NCBI RefSeq assembly: GCF_032191835.1
Contig: NC_083235.1
Location: 71,486,001 to 71,550,000 of the forward strand
Length of the DNA stretch: 64,000 bases
Direction: 5' to 3'
Origin: Heteronotia binoei
Taxonomy: Eukaryota
This document shows positions 24,470-36,729 of this stretch, one piece after another. Each line of letters starts with the position of its first letter. Within the stretch, counting starts at the first letter, position 1. Made by a program: the position numbers and the translations under genes. A model generated the notes under the pieces. It searched no databases, was not told the origin of the DNA, and saw only the letters and a list, made by a program, of their open reading frames with translations.

Positions 24470-24695
24470 AGAAGAAAAAGATATTGAATTTATATGCTGT
24501 CCTATACTCTGAATATCAGAGTCTCAGAGCAGTCACCATCTTCTTTACCTTCCCCCCCCCCCCCACACACACAACAGATACCTTGTGAGGTAAATAGGGC
24601 TGAGAGGGCTCTAGCAGCAGCTGCCCTTTCAAGGACAACTCCTACGAGAGCTATGGCTGACCCAAGGCCATTCCAGCAGGTGCAAGTGGAGGACA
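24470..24695 (-). mobile_element. Squam3-like SINE, 5'-truncated and diverged
   Basis: Similarity to the 3' two-thirds of 23781-24057. Confidence 0.75.
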
Positions 24696-24902
24696 AGATA
24701 AATTGGCTGACTGGACACAGATACCATAATTTGCCCTAATATTAAAAATTATATCTTCTCAATAACAGGTGCTGAGCTGTATTTTCCATTCTACATCTCA
24801 CGAACAAGACTGCGTGGATGATGAATAGTTATCGGTGCATTACAGTATGAAAAAGTATTTCACTTGTTTGTTCTTCCTGATTTTAGTAAGAGAATGCCGA
24901 GG

Positions 24903-24921
24903 ACTTCATTTCCCAGAATTC
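24903..24921 (+). promoter_or_regulatory. ZNF143/Staf (SBS)-like motif ACTTCATTTCCCAGAATTC about 500 bp upstream of the MFSD11 ATG
   Basis: Resembles the ACTACANNTCCCAG(A/C)ATGC consensus; motif match only. Confidence 0.4.
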
Positions 24922-25401
24922 ACAAGGGGTTTCTTTGATCAGCTGACTTGGCATGTGGACTATTCTTTATTTCCTGTTCATCATGAATAGAGATGGTATG
25001 GGAGCACCTACCCTCATCGGGTGATTTGATGCTTTTTGGCCAAAATTGACTCAGAGATACTGTGAGAAATGGAAGTATTCAAGTAGATCAGCTGCTGTAG
25101 AATGTTTCTTTGCGAGGAAAGGTATGCTCTGGACAAATAACAAGCTATAATCTGTGGCAACTCTTATGAAAGTTATGGATAATGTAGTCCAGGTTGATGT
25201 TATTTCCTTTTGCCGTTGTATTTTGTTACGGTGGCACACATTCTTCCCGTTTGTCAGAAGACAGTTGTTAATGTAGTAATGGGTTTAAAAAGCAATATCT
25301 GTGGTTTTCTTGTTGCCTTGGCAGAATTTTTGTTTAAAAAGAAGCTTAGAAGATGAAACATTCCTCTGGTTCGAGTTGATTGCATTCCATGAAAACACAA
25401 A

Positions 25402-25497
25402 ATGCATCCTGAATCTAAAAAGCGGCTGAACGTCATTGTTTTAGGAGTGGCCTTTATGTTTATATTCACTGCTTTTCAAACATGTGGAAACATTGCA
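25402..25497 (+). CDS. MFSD11: MFSD11 (UNC93-like MFS protein) coding exon 1 (MHPESKKRLNVIVLGVAFMFIFTAFQTCGNIA)
   Basis: ATG at 25402; GCA|gtaagt donor; 96 nt. Confidence 0.96.
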
Positions 25498-25729
25498 GTA
25501 AGTACTAACATTCACTGTGCATGATGCACGTATCCTTTTTTCCTTTCTCCTGCATGCGTTCCTTTCCTTTGTTTTTGAAACTTCACGGTGCTTTTTTTTT
25601 TTTAATTTTTACTGTAGGTAGATTTCACCCATTTTATTACTCTTTGTCCCCTCCCCAGTTTAAAAGTTACTGAGGCAATCTGCTACTTGAAGCAGGAGTG
25701 ACATAAAAACATTAACACAGTGTTTAGAA

Positions 25730-26231
25730 TAGGGTTGCCAAGTCCAATTAAAGAAAAATCTGGGGACTTTGGGGGTGGAGCCAGGAGACTTTGGGGGTGG
25801 AGCCAGGAGACATTGGGGGTGGAGCCAAGAACAAGGATGTGACAAGCATAATTGAACTCCAAGGGAGTTCTGGCCATCACATTTAAAGGGACAGCACACC
25901 TTTTAAAATTCCTTTCTTCCATAGGAAATAATGAAGTATAGGGGCACCATCTTTTGGGGCTCATAGAATTGGACCCTCTGGTCCAATCGTTTTGAAACTT
26001 GGGAGGTATTTTGGGGAGAGGCACTAGATGTTATACTAAAAATTTGGTGCCTCTACCTCAAAAAATAGCCCCCCCCCAGAGCCCCCAATACCAACGGATG
26101 AATTCCCTATTATTCCCTATGGGAATCGTTCTCCATAGGGAATAATAGAATGCCCAGTAGACATTTCCCTCCCCCCCCACGCTTTCTAAAAGGGGGGAGG
26201 GCCTCCAAACCAGGGAATCCCCTGCCCCCTC

Positions 26232-26265
<34 letters not shown>

Positions 26266-26528
26266 ACCAGAGCTTCTTCCGGAGAACTCTTGCTGTGAAA
26301 GTGAAAGCAAAAGAAAGGGCGGGGCTGTTCTCCCAAGCCCTTCCTGCTCGCTGCCCAGCCTTAAAGCGGCAGACATTTTACAAACGGCCCAGGAGCTCTA
26401 TAATGAAGCCTACAGGTATGTTCTCCCCCCCTCCACCCCCCACCCCCCGCTTCCCACTTCTTGAAGACCGGGAGATGAGGCTGCAAACCCAGGGGACTCC
26501 TGCCAGAGCGGGAGGGTTGGGAAGCCTA
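25730..26528. mobile_element. Composite hAT-type MITE with dissimilar ends and an internal (CA)n at 26235-26263
   Basis: Left TIR TAGGGTTGCCAA, right end TTGGGAAGCCTA; single perfect 8-bp TSD GTTTAGAA (25722-25729, 26529-26536). Confidence 0.85.
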
Positions 26529-26909
26529 GTTTAGAAAATGATCATTAAATATATTTGCTTGAAGCGCTAGATTCAAGTCCGGTAGCACCTTAGATACGGA
26601 CAAGATTTAGGGGATATAAGTTGTTTGAGAGTCAAAGCTCCCTTTGTCAGAGAGCTGACAACTCCACTCTAGCTCTTCTATTGCAGACCAACACAGCTGC
26701 CCCCGAAACGTTGCTCAGAATGTTCATTTCAAATAACTTAATCGTTTCCTTGTTTGACTTCCTGGTTTATTTTGCAGAGTTTGAGAATGACCCAAGTTCG
26801 ATGCACTCAACTGCTTTTGCACTCTGCCAACTTTTGCACCTCTCTTCCCCCCCCCCCCCCATGTCAGCAGCACATCCATTTGTGAAATATAGTTTTGTGT
26901 CCTAAACCA

Positions 26910-27309
26910 GCTTATTTATTTATTTTATAATTTATATCCCGCCCTTCCCAACAAGTGGCTCAGGGCGGCTTACAACGTAGAGTCTAACATGAATAGGGTT
27001 TAAACATTTAAACAATAAATAATTAAAACATTTAAAACATTTAAACATTAAGAACAGCAGAAGTTTAGTAAACCACACTTAGTTTCTTGTGCCAGTTAGT
27101 CATAGGCCAGCCGGAAGAGGGTTGTCTTACAGGCCCTGCGGAACTGAGCAAGGTCCCGCAGGGCCCTCACCTCTTCCGGCAGCTGGTTCCACCAGGAAGG
27201 GGCCATTACAGAAAAGGCCCGGTCCCTGGTGGATTTTAAACGGGCTTCTTTTGGCCCGGGGATAACCAGGAGGTTTTGAGTTCCTGATCTCAGTACTCTC
27301 TGGGGAACA
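26910..27309 (-). mobile_element. L2 LINE 3' fragment
   Basis: Minus translation ...NLLVIPGPKEARLKSTRDRAFSVMAPSWWNQLPEEVRAL...; (TTTA)-rich tail. Confidence 0.88.
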
Positions 27310-27391
27310 GCTTCATCCAGTACATGAAGTTTCCTGGCTACTCTAAGATAAGAGAGGAGGAGGGTTGACCTCTAGTTTTTCTAGCGTGCCT

Positions 27392-27470
27392 AGCGAGCCT
27401 GCAGCAGACGTGGACTATTGCACCCTTCTTAAATCTTCGTTCGCGAAGCCAAGCCGAGAGAGAGAGAGAG
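27392..27470 (+). mobile_element. Short 3' stub of the RTE family seen at 60886-61547, with a (GA)n tail
   Basis: Near-identical to the reverse complement of 60886-60965. Confidence 0.85.
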
Positions 27471-27889
27471 GGGAATACGAAGTCAGGGGCTCCTCTTCCA
27501 GATGACCATTGTTTGCTTCATATCCTTCTTTTAAGTTTCCATTGCAAACCTGTTTTGGCAACACGCATAAGGCCAAGTGCAATATTCAGGGAGCTCAGAT
27601 AACAGTATGCAAAAGCAGTTGAGTGTATCGAACTTGGGTCATTCTTCTCCTTTGTGACAGAGTGAGATGATGATATCCTTTGTTTAAGCCCTAGCAGCAA
27701 GGCAAGTCCTTGTACCTTGTACCAGGAGCACCCATCTAACTGGTTTGAAATGTAGTTAGTATGACTAACCTTGTTGTTGAGCTGAATATTTTGATTGTTG
27801 GTTCTGTTCTGCGTCTTGAGTTTTATTTTTTGAAAGTGATTTCTGGAGAACGTTCACATAATTCGTTTGTAATTTTTTTCCCCACACAG

Positions 27890-27945
27890 CAAACTGTTAT
27901 CACAAATTTAAACAGCACAGATTTTCATGGCAGTGGATATACCAG
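27890..27945 (+). CDS. MFSD11: MFSD11 coding exon 2 (QTVITNLNSTDFHGSGYTS)
   Basis: cacacag| acceptor, AG|gtacct donor; 56 nt. Confidence 0.96.
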
Positions 27946-29056
27946 GTACCTTACATTCATAATATTTTTCCCTTCATTGCTGATGAGCTGCAGTGGATGT
28001 GTGAATTAAATCTGATTGTGACCCAGAATCTGTAAAATGGGGAAAGTGGATTGGATCCCACAAATTGGTCTGCTAACTGAAGCACTTTAATCCAGGTTAT
28101 GAGCCTTCTGCTAATGAAAAACACCTCAAGTGCCTTAGAGCATGAAAGGTTCCTTCTAATCAGCACTGGCCTGAGAGCACATGGTGCGCTAGGCAGACTG
28201 GTGGCCTGCCGCCCCCCTCCACAGCGCCCCGTGGCACTGTGCCCCCCCCCGGCACCTCCTCCTCCCTCCCTTCCCCATCCCAGGTCTATTTCAGTGACAA
28301 TATAGTATTTCAAAAGATGGCTGGGATTGGGGAAGACTTGGATGGGTGTTACGTAGGTGGAAGATTTCAGATTTTCATGGTCCTCCACCCACACAACAGC
28401 CACTTTCCATACCTCTATATTAGTCACTCTCCATGTCACCAAAGGTTCTGGTGGGGGGGGAGGGTTGCTTTTTTTTTTTTAAACTAGCAGTTGGGTACCA
28501 TTAAAATATTACAGCAATCTCTGTATCAAGGTCTCTGAATTCCCAGCTTTAAAAAAAAATGGTATGTAATTCCTGTCATTTCAGATATATGCATTTTCCA
28601 TTATATATCTGCAATGAAAAGGACAAGAGATTTACTTTTTGAAAGAATGAAAACTGGGAATTCAGAGAATCTGATGTTATAGTGACATTCAGTTGCCGGT
28701 AAGAAAAAGAAATGAAAAAAGGCCAGTGGTCATTAGTAGGGAATAGGACAAGGATACTACAGGGTGAACTGCCATATGGAAGTCCCATTCCTGTTGCTCT
28801 GTATGGGTGAATGTGGCAGCAATGGAGAAATTACATAATTTTGTCCATATGTTGCAAATACCTATATTCCATTGTAAATCTCTGAATCCATGCCACAGTT
28901 TAATCAGTACATTACAAAACTGAATGACAAGAATATCACTGCACTCTTAAGCATTTATGAATTAGCTATTTTGAAAGGACTGTTTAAAATTAGCATCGAG
29001 AAGCATACTGGATTTTGTTTTACGTATGTGTTCCTAACTGTGGTTGCTCTCCGCAG

Positions 29057-29164
29057 CATGGCCATTATTTATGGAGTCTTCTCAGCATCAAATCTTATTT
29101 CACCTTCAGTGGTTGCAATTGCAGGGCCGCAGCTCTCTATGTTTTTTAGTGGAATCTTTTATAG
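29057..29164 (+). CDS. MFSD11: MFSD11 coding exon 3 (MAIIYGVFSASNLISPSVVAIAGPQLSMFFSGIFY)
   Basis: ccgcag| acceptor, AG|gtaagt donor; 108 nt. Confidence 0.97.
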
Positions 29165-30917
29165 GTAAGTGAAGCCTTTTACGTGTTTGCTTTTTATTCT
29201 CTGCCTCTTCTTTTCATGTTTAGAAGACACAATATGTCCTTGAACACAATATTATTGCCTGAGGAACCTAGGATACAAGTTACTACAGTATCACTGGTAT
29301 TGCTTTTCCATTGGTCATGTTACAGAATATCAGCCATTCATCCTCTAAAACTTAGCATTCGTCGCTTGCAGCTAGTCTTGGAATAAAAGACCAAGGATTT
29401 CAGTCCGAGACCCCTGTTCTCCCATGAGTCTTGCTAATCCCTTTTTTTCAGCCTACCCTATTTCATGATTGTTGTGAGGGTCAAATAGGGAACTTTATAC
29501 ACTGCTTTTAGCTTCTTGGAGGAAAGATGAGATACAAATGCACAGATAGTCTAGAAAAGGGGAGAAGGACAGAGAGAGAGAAACAGAGAACATACAGGTA
29601 GTATTTAGAGCACTGGCTTTGGGCCTAGAAAACCCAGGTTCAAATCCTTGCAGAATTATGGAGGCTTGGAGAAGTCTACTTGCTCTCAGCTTAAATTTAC
29701 CTCAGGGTTATGAATGCTACTTTCAGCTTCTAGTAAGATACATGGAATATGTACAGGGGGGAAAATGATGGTCTGCTTGAGACAGTGGATGTGACCAGAT
29801 GGACATTTTGGCCTGCCATAGCCGCCTCCCATTTCCAGATTTAATGAGCACGATCACACTTGCACATCTGTTCCTCACAGCCTGCTCGCGCCTAACTCAT
29901 GCTGCAATGCCTCCCAAATGCATTTAATAGATACTGGGAACTTTCCAGTGGTAAAGCTGGCGAGGCACTTCCATGCATTTGCAGCTGCCTGATCGGCCCG
30001 GGCACCCCATGGAAGTGCAGGAGCGATGCGATTGCTCCTCTCTGCATATTTGCAGCCTGTTCCTGACATCGCAGGACTGCGGCTGTGTCACTGGCACAGT
30101 CTGATCGCTGTGGCGTATCTCAAACTGGATCGGCTTTTTAAAAGACGAGAGACCGCCATGGTGAAGCCCAAGTGTTTTAAAGATATGAAAACCTTTGTTT
30201 CAAATGAACAGCTCGTATTCTTTTTTGCAGGTGATTGGAAATGAGAAATTGTTTTAGACCCATGTGTTTTGAATATCAGCAACGCAGTTATTTCTGTTCC
30301 CATTTTTTAAAATTTCATAGTGCCCCAACCATCATCATCTTCTGTCTAGCTGGAACTTGCTAGTTACTTGGCAAGCCCCTTTCCAAAGTGTATACAGGAA
30401 GCCTTGCATGCGCCATGAAAGCCTCCATCCTCTTACATCCTCAGAACAAGTCCATAAGGACCATAGCTGCTACTCTTTAAAAGCAAATTAAAGTAAAATG
30501 GTTGCGCTTGGCCTACAAGGTGTGGTCTCAGAGGGATGGTAATTCTATAAGCCACAACTGAAATGGCCCCGACCTAAGTTCTGATTAATGTTACTCCTTG
30601 GCTGGAAGAGACTTTGCACGGGAGACAGCAAGAAATTTCCTTTTTGGTTAATAATTTCTAACCAGAGGCCATCTGAACAGGGGTGGGAAGGGATGTTCAT
30701 AGCTGTTCACAGAAACATAAAGAGATCTGCATTATGTAGACCTGAACTTTGGTACTCGGTTGAAAAACACCTCTTTCTATTATTGTCTATGAATTCTGCC
30801 ATCCTTTGGTTTTGGATGCACATCCTTTTGCATAGCAGTACAGCTAATATGAAAAAAAGATATAACAGGCACGGTATAGCGCGTGTTAAAACTGAACACT
30901 GCATTATTATGTTTCAG

Positions 30918-30997
30918 CATATATATTGCTGTCTTTATTGAGCCTTATCCATGGAGCTTCTACACAGCCTCTGTTTTCCTTGGCATAGCAGCTGCTA
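30918..30997 (+). CDS. MFSD11: MFSD11 coding exon 4 (IYIAVFIEPYPWSFYTASVFLGIAAA)
   Basis: tttcag| acceptor, A|gtaagt donor; 80 nt. Confidence 0.97.
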
Positions 30998-31457
30998 GTA
31001 AGTCTTGCATTCATTTTATATCCCATACTCCCTTTTGTATCTTTCTGAAGGCTTTCACCTCTTGTTGAAAAAGTCTGCAGTGCAGGCTGGGATCCAGGGA
31101 GCTATTTTAGGAGAGCCTAGGTGTGCCTCCTGGGTTGTTGTTTTTTTTCAGTCTTGGTTGAATGGCAGATCTACCTGTGCTTGCCATGTCACAGATTAGT
31201 TTTGAAATCCTTTACAGATTCACAAGAGGTTCGCTGAATGGCAGGTGGGGTTCCTGTTTGAGAAAAAGAAATTAGATCCTTCCAAAACAAGAAACTATCT
31301 ACACTTTCCTTTGGAGTCAGGCTTAAGGGTTAAATTTTTAAAAATCAAAACTTTCTAGCTGTTGTGGCTGAAGAGAAAAAATTAATGACTGGGCAAAACT
31401 GTATTCAAAACAGGAAGGAAGTTGAATATCCCAGAACTCACTCTTTGGGCAAATAAT

Positions 31458-31743
31458 GGGCGTTTTCGCACTGACCTTAATCGGCAGTGACGCCCCTCTT
31501 CAGCACGCAGGATCAGCCCGGATTTCGCACCAATTGCCGCGGAGCACCCGGAAGAGCCGGAAAGTCCCGCGGCTTTTGCGGCGCAAATGGAAACTGGATT
31601 TTGGCGGTTTCCATTTGTGCCGCAAAAGCCACGGGACTTTCCGGCTCTTCTGGGTGCTCCGCGGCAATTGGTGCGAAATCCGAGCAGATCCTGCGCGCTG
31701 AAGAGGGGCGTCGCTACCGATTAAGGTCAGTGCGAAAACGCCC
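31458..31743. mobile_element. Near-perfect 286-bp palindromic MITE (PIF/Harbinger-like)
   Basis: TIR GGGCGTTTTCGCAC; whole element self-complementary; 3-bp TSD AAT/AAT; CpG-rich. Confidence 0.9.
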
Positions 31744-32695
31744 AATGTTTAACCTATTCTTTTGGCTGTAGCAAACTGGTTCGTAGGCTGTTGTTCTTGG
31801 CCTCTCCAGCAAGCAGAAAGGCTTGCTTTTGCTACACAAGATGTGAACTCTTCCAAATAGTGTCTTGAAATGGTGGTATTTAAAAGGCAAATAATCAGAT
31901 ATGCGGAAATGAGACACATGGAAAAACCTCCAAGTAAGAATAACATTTTCAGTTTCAGTTTATGTATTTTTCAGTCCAATGACCACCATATACAAATCAA
32001 ACATAATAAATATTGCAATAGAATAAAGTTAAGAGTCCAGTGGCACCTTTAAAACCAACAAAGTTTTATTCAAGGAACGATCTTTCAGGTACACACACGC
32101 TTTTCCAGATACAATGCAATGGAAGAAAACTATTCAAACTTACAGACAGGGTTGAGAAGCAAATTAGCATATAACATGATGTAGACATTTTGAGACAAAC
32201 CAGGAACAACAACCCAAGTGTACAGGGTCAACAGCTGTATGGATTGAATTAAGGGGGAACAACTGTTGAAGCAATAAATATGTCAAAATAGGGGGAACAC
32301 ATCCTGTTCCATTGGAGAAAATGGTTGCTTTGGAGGGTGGACTCTATGGCATTATACCCTGCTATGGTCACTCTCCTCCCCAAACTCCACCTCAGAAACC
32401 TCCAGGTGTTTCCCAATTCAGAGCTGGCAACCCTATCTGCAGTCTTAAGCACACTTACTAGGAAGTAAGCCCATTATCACCTACTAGTTCACAGAAATAA
32501 GCAGGATTAGCAGTTGACTTGTCCTTTTGCTGTGCCAGCTGGGGATGTGGTGAATATAGAACTTAGAGTTGCATTTCAAAATGACAAAGACTGTGGGTGG
32601 AAGAGCCTCCTGGAAGAGGTCGGTGGGCACATATACTTTCCAGTGAGGCTGTCAGGGAGAAGTTATTCCAGAGAGCTTTTGGGGTAGCATGTATC

Positions 32696-32880
32696 AGGGC
32701 TTTTTTTTTTGTAGCAGGAACTCCTTTGCATATTAGGCTGAAGCCCCCTGATGTAGCCAATCCTCCTGGAGCTTACAGGGCTCTTCTTACAGGGCCTACT
32801 GTAAGCTCTTGGAGAATTGGCTACATCAGGTGGGTGTAGCCTAATATGCAAAGGAGTTCCTGCTACAAAAAAAGCCCTGA
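32696..32880. mobile_element. Palindromic MITE with CAGGGCTTTTTTT TIRs
   Basis: Arms gtagcaggaactcctttgcatattaggc / gcctaatatgcaaaggagttcctgctac; no clear TSD. Confidence 0.8.
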
Positions 32881-34348
32881 CTGGCACAAAGTCTTCCTAC
32901 TGGAGCAGAAGTGGTTTCTACATTGATTTTAATATATTGTGTGACTGTTTTAAAGTTATTTTTATCTAGTTTCTATATTGTTTAAAATACTATTATTTTA
33001 TGTTTTATATTATTATATTCATCCTGGGGGCAGAGTTGTTCAGATGAAAATGTAATATAATAAAAATAAGAAATGGTATTCCCTCAGAACAGTCACGTTT
33101 GATGCACATTTATAAATATGTATTCTATACATTTGCTGATATCACCAGCTTGTTATAAAATTGGAAGTGACCATTAGTGCTAAGGAGAATTGACGTTTGC
33201 AGTAAGCAGAACAAAGGTATTTACTTGGTTTTATGAACTTAATGGTAGTTGCAGGTATCTACAACTCTAGGAATTGCTAGAAGCTCTGTCAGTTTGACCA
33301 TAAGAGTTTCCTGCAATTCTTAGAGTGGCATGACATCACTTCCAGTTTTTCCAGTGGCACCCCTACCATGTCCCTGCCCCCCATCTCCCACTGGGTGCCA
33401 ACCACTGACTCTTAGCCCTAACATATGCTTTCTTTGCCCCAGTCCCCCAGGAGAGAACACCCTGCTTTGGCGGGGAGGGCAGGATATAAATCCAATAAAC
33501 CATCAGACCTCCATGCCACCATGACTTTTCAGATTTTTTTTAAAAATGGCGATTGAATATAGTTACAGCATTATGTCAAATTACTACATGTTTATCGGGT
33601 TTTCTGAATTTCTAAATTTCATTTAAAAAAAAACTTTAACCGTTTCTGTTGTAGATATTTCAGAGAACTAGATACCCACGTTGTTAGGTTGTTATAATAA
33701 TAATAATAATTTTTTATTTATACCCCGCCCTCCCCGCCAAGGCAGGCTCAGGGCGGCTTACAAAGCATGATATAAATATCATGATATAGCAATAAAACAA
33801 AGAAATACAATCAATAAACAGGTGACATAAATAAATACAATATATAAGTTAACATTAAAATTAATCTAAAAACAATACAATTGTGCTATAATGGTACAAG
33901 AATAATCAGTTGCCAATTGTTTTAAGAAAGCCCCCCGTGGTGGGGGAAAGAAATGGCCCCAAAGACTTTGCTGTGATTCCCCTAAAACTTCTCAGCCAAG
34001 CAGATTAAGGAAAGATCATAGAAGAGCCAGAGAATCCCCAGTAGGTGCACGAAGGCACCGTGATTATTTTAACTCTGTTGTTTTATTGTTGTAAGCCACC
34101 CTGAGCCCGCTTGCGGGATAGGGTGGGATATAAATCTAAAAAATAAATTAAAGAAATCCACTTCTCGATAGCACTGGACTAGGGACAAATGACCCATGTG
34201 GAAATGGCCAGGTTACCTGGTACAGTAGGAGGTCTGCTACCACTTCCTGACCCCTGCTGCTGTTGGAATGAATGGCAGGAGGAAAAGGAGGGAGGCGAGG
34301 TCAATTGACATTGTAACATCACTTCTGGGTTTCACAATACCCTAGTTA

Positions 34349-34808
34349 CAGGGGTGGCCAAACCGTGGCTTGGGAGCCACATGTGGCTCTTTCATACATA
34401 TTGTGTGGCTCTTGAGGCTCCCACTGCCCCATCAACCAGTTTGGAGAAGGCATTTGTCTCTTTAAATCACAACCCAAGCCAAGTTAGCCAGTGGCTTGGA
34501 GAATGCATTTAAAGTTAAAGTTGGTTTTTTTTCCACCTCCATCCTGCNNNNNNNNNNNNNNNNNNNNNNNNNNNNNNNNNNNNNNNNNNNNNNNNNNNNN
34601 NNNNNNNNNNNNNNNNNNNNNNNNNNNNNNNNNNNNNNNNNNNNNNNNNNNNNNNNNNNNNNNNNNNNNNNNNNNNNNNNNNNNNNNNNNNNNNNNNNNN
34701 NNNNNNNNNNNNNNNNNNNNNNNNNNNNNNNNNNNNNNNNNNGTGGCTCTCAAACATTTGGTATTTATTCTACGTGGCTCTTATAGTAAGCAAATTTGGA
34801 CACCCCTG
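34349..34808. mobile_element. hAT-type MITE (same family as 779-1061, opposite orientation), with an internal N-gap, nested in an older element ending GGCAACCCTA at ~34992
   Basis: TIRs CAGGGGTGGCCAAAC / TTTGGACACCCCTG; approximate TSD CCCTAG(T)TA. Confidence 0.8.
34548..34742. other. Assembly gap (195 N) inside a MITE
   Basis: N run. Confidence 0.99.
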
Positions 34809-35342
34809 CCCTAGTATGATGTCCCTGAACCACTCTGGTTTTACCATAGAGTTTTGGGAATTCCTAGAACATTTTGATGCCACTTCTTGATGAAACCTGG
34901 ATGTGATGTTGAGACCTTGATTGCTCCTTCTTCTTCCTGTGCCCCACCCCTAAAAGCTCTTGGGGTCTGAGGGCGTAGGCATGGCAACCCTATCTGGGAG
35001 GGAAGCAACAAAACTGGGCTCGTTAAGTGTGCAGTTCAGTGAGGAGTTGCAGCCAATCCCAGCTTTCTGACTAGTGTGTACTTTTATGACATATTTTCAA
35101 ATATTACTTTGTCACATTCACACTTTCATATTTATGTGAACGCTTTAAAAATCCTAGGTACATAGCACCTAGAAACATAATGTATGCAGCAGGCCTAAGA
35201 TTTGCTTTAGAAGTACAATTCTGAGTTAACGAATTATCACTGCCGATGTTTGCATGCACCAAAGGATGTGATTAATATCTCGTGTGAACAAGCCCTAGAT
35301 GACTTTCGTCCCTTGCTGATCACCACTCTGATTAAATTTCAG

Positions 35343-35439
35343 TATTGTGGACTGCTCAGGGAAACTGTCTGACAATAAATTCCAATGAAAACACAATTGG
35401 CAGAAACAGTGGAATCTTCTGGGCATTATTGCAATCTAG
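35343..35439 (+). CDS. MFSD11: MFSD11 coding exon 5 (LWTAQGNCLTINSNENTIGRNSGIFWALLQS)
   Basis: tttcag| acceptor, AG|gtaagg donor; 97 nt. Confidence 0.97.
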
Positions 35440-35960
35440 GTAAGGAATAAAACAGTTTCTTTTAGTTATTTCCACCTTGTACTCATTTGTGTTCTTCTTT
35501 GGCAATATAAGATTGGCGCTTGTCTGATTTTTAAATGAAATTATTTATAAGCTGTCCTTCTGCTATGCAGTACATAAGAACTACACACATAAATAAGCAC
35601 ACACTATATAAGACACGCACAAACGCTGCGTTAGGCACATTATATATAGATTTTGTTATGTAGATACATAGATAATAGAAAGACCACGTAATAAATACTG
35701 AGATATATGTAGCATTCAGGACAACTTACAAAAATATAAAACATTTGCGTACACATCACTTAAAGCAGGTAATAAACACATTAAAAAAAAATCTAAAGAG
35801 CCCTGAGAATATAACGTGTTTTAAGGGTTAAGCCTCTTTCAAAAAAACCATAGTTTATTGTTGGAGGGGAGTGTTTAATATCTTCCTTGATGCTTACACT
35901 GGATATGTGTTTGTCAGAGTAACAGCTTCCAGTAGGTTTTTTGTTCCAACATTAGCAATA

Positions 35961-36171
35961 GGGCGTTTTCGCACAGGGCTTACCCCGGAGCGACGTCCCT
36001 CTTCACCGCGCAGCGTCTGCGCGGATTTCGCACCAACTGCTCCACAGAACCCGGAAGAGCCACGTAGTGCCGCGGCTTTCGCGTCGCAAATGTAAACCGC
36101 CAAAACCCAACTTTACATTTGCGACGCAAAAGCCGCGGCTCTTTCGGGGGTAAGCCCTGTGTGAAAACGCC
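35961..36171. mobile_element. Second PIF/Harbinger-like palindromic MITE, right arm partly deleted
   Basis: Same GGGCGTTTTC TIR; 3-bp TSD ATA/ATA. Confidence 0.88.
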
Positions 36172-36729
36172 CATAGTCTTTTCTTTGAAGGGTCCAGGGT
36201 ACTCTCTTTTAAGGCTCATCTGAGTCAACATCACTTCTCTGCCAGGGGAGATGAGCTGCCTTTCTGCTGAGGGCAAGCAGAGGGGAGGGACGGATATAAA
36301 TCGAATAAAACGAAATGAAAATTTTGCATGAATTCAGCAACTGTCTTGGCATTGCACAAGCGAGTAGTCAGAAATTAGGGTAAGGCTACAGAGCTTCCTT
36401 TGCATTTAATGCAGCCGATCTCTTATTCGTGCTTTATCGCCAGCCTCGCAGAAGAGTCCTCAAACTTACTAGCCCATAAACATTTATCTGCTCCTGTATT
36501 CACAGATATATGGCAGTTATGTTTCTTTTTAACAATGTAAAAGAGGATAAAGAACCAGCATCCTTCCAGTTCTCAAATCTTCTACATCTTAATGACCTGG
36601 AGGCGATTCTTATATTCATCATAAAGGACTAACTGAGTAGAAATCTGCTGTGTGCTAGCTAGCTATGCTGGGTTTACTTTGCTCCAGCTTTAAAGGACTT
36701 TAAAATACAGCATCCTGAATTGCCAGAAG

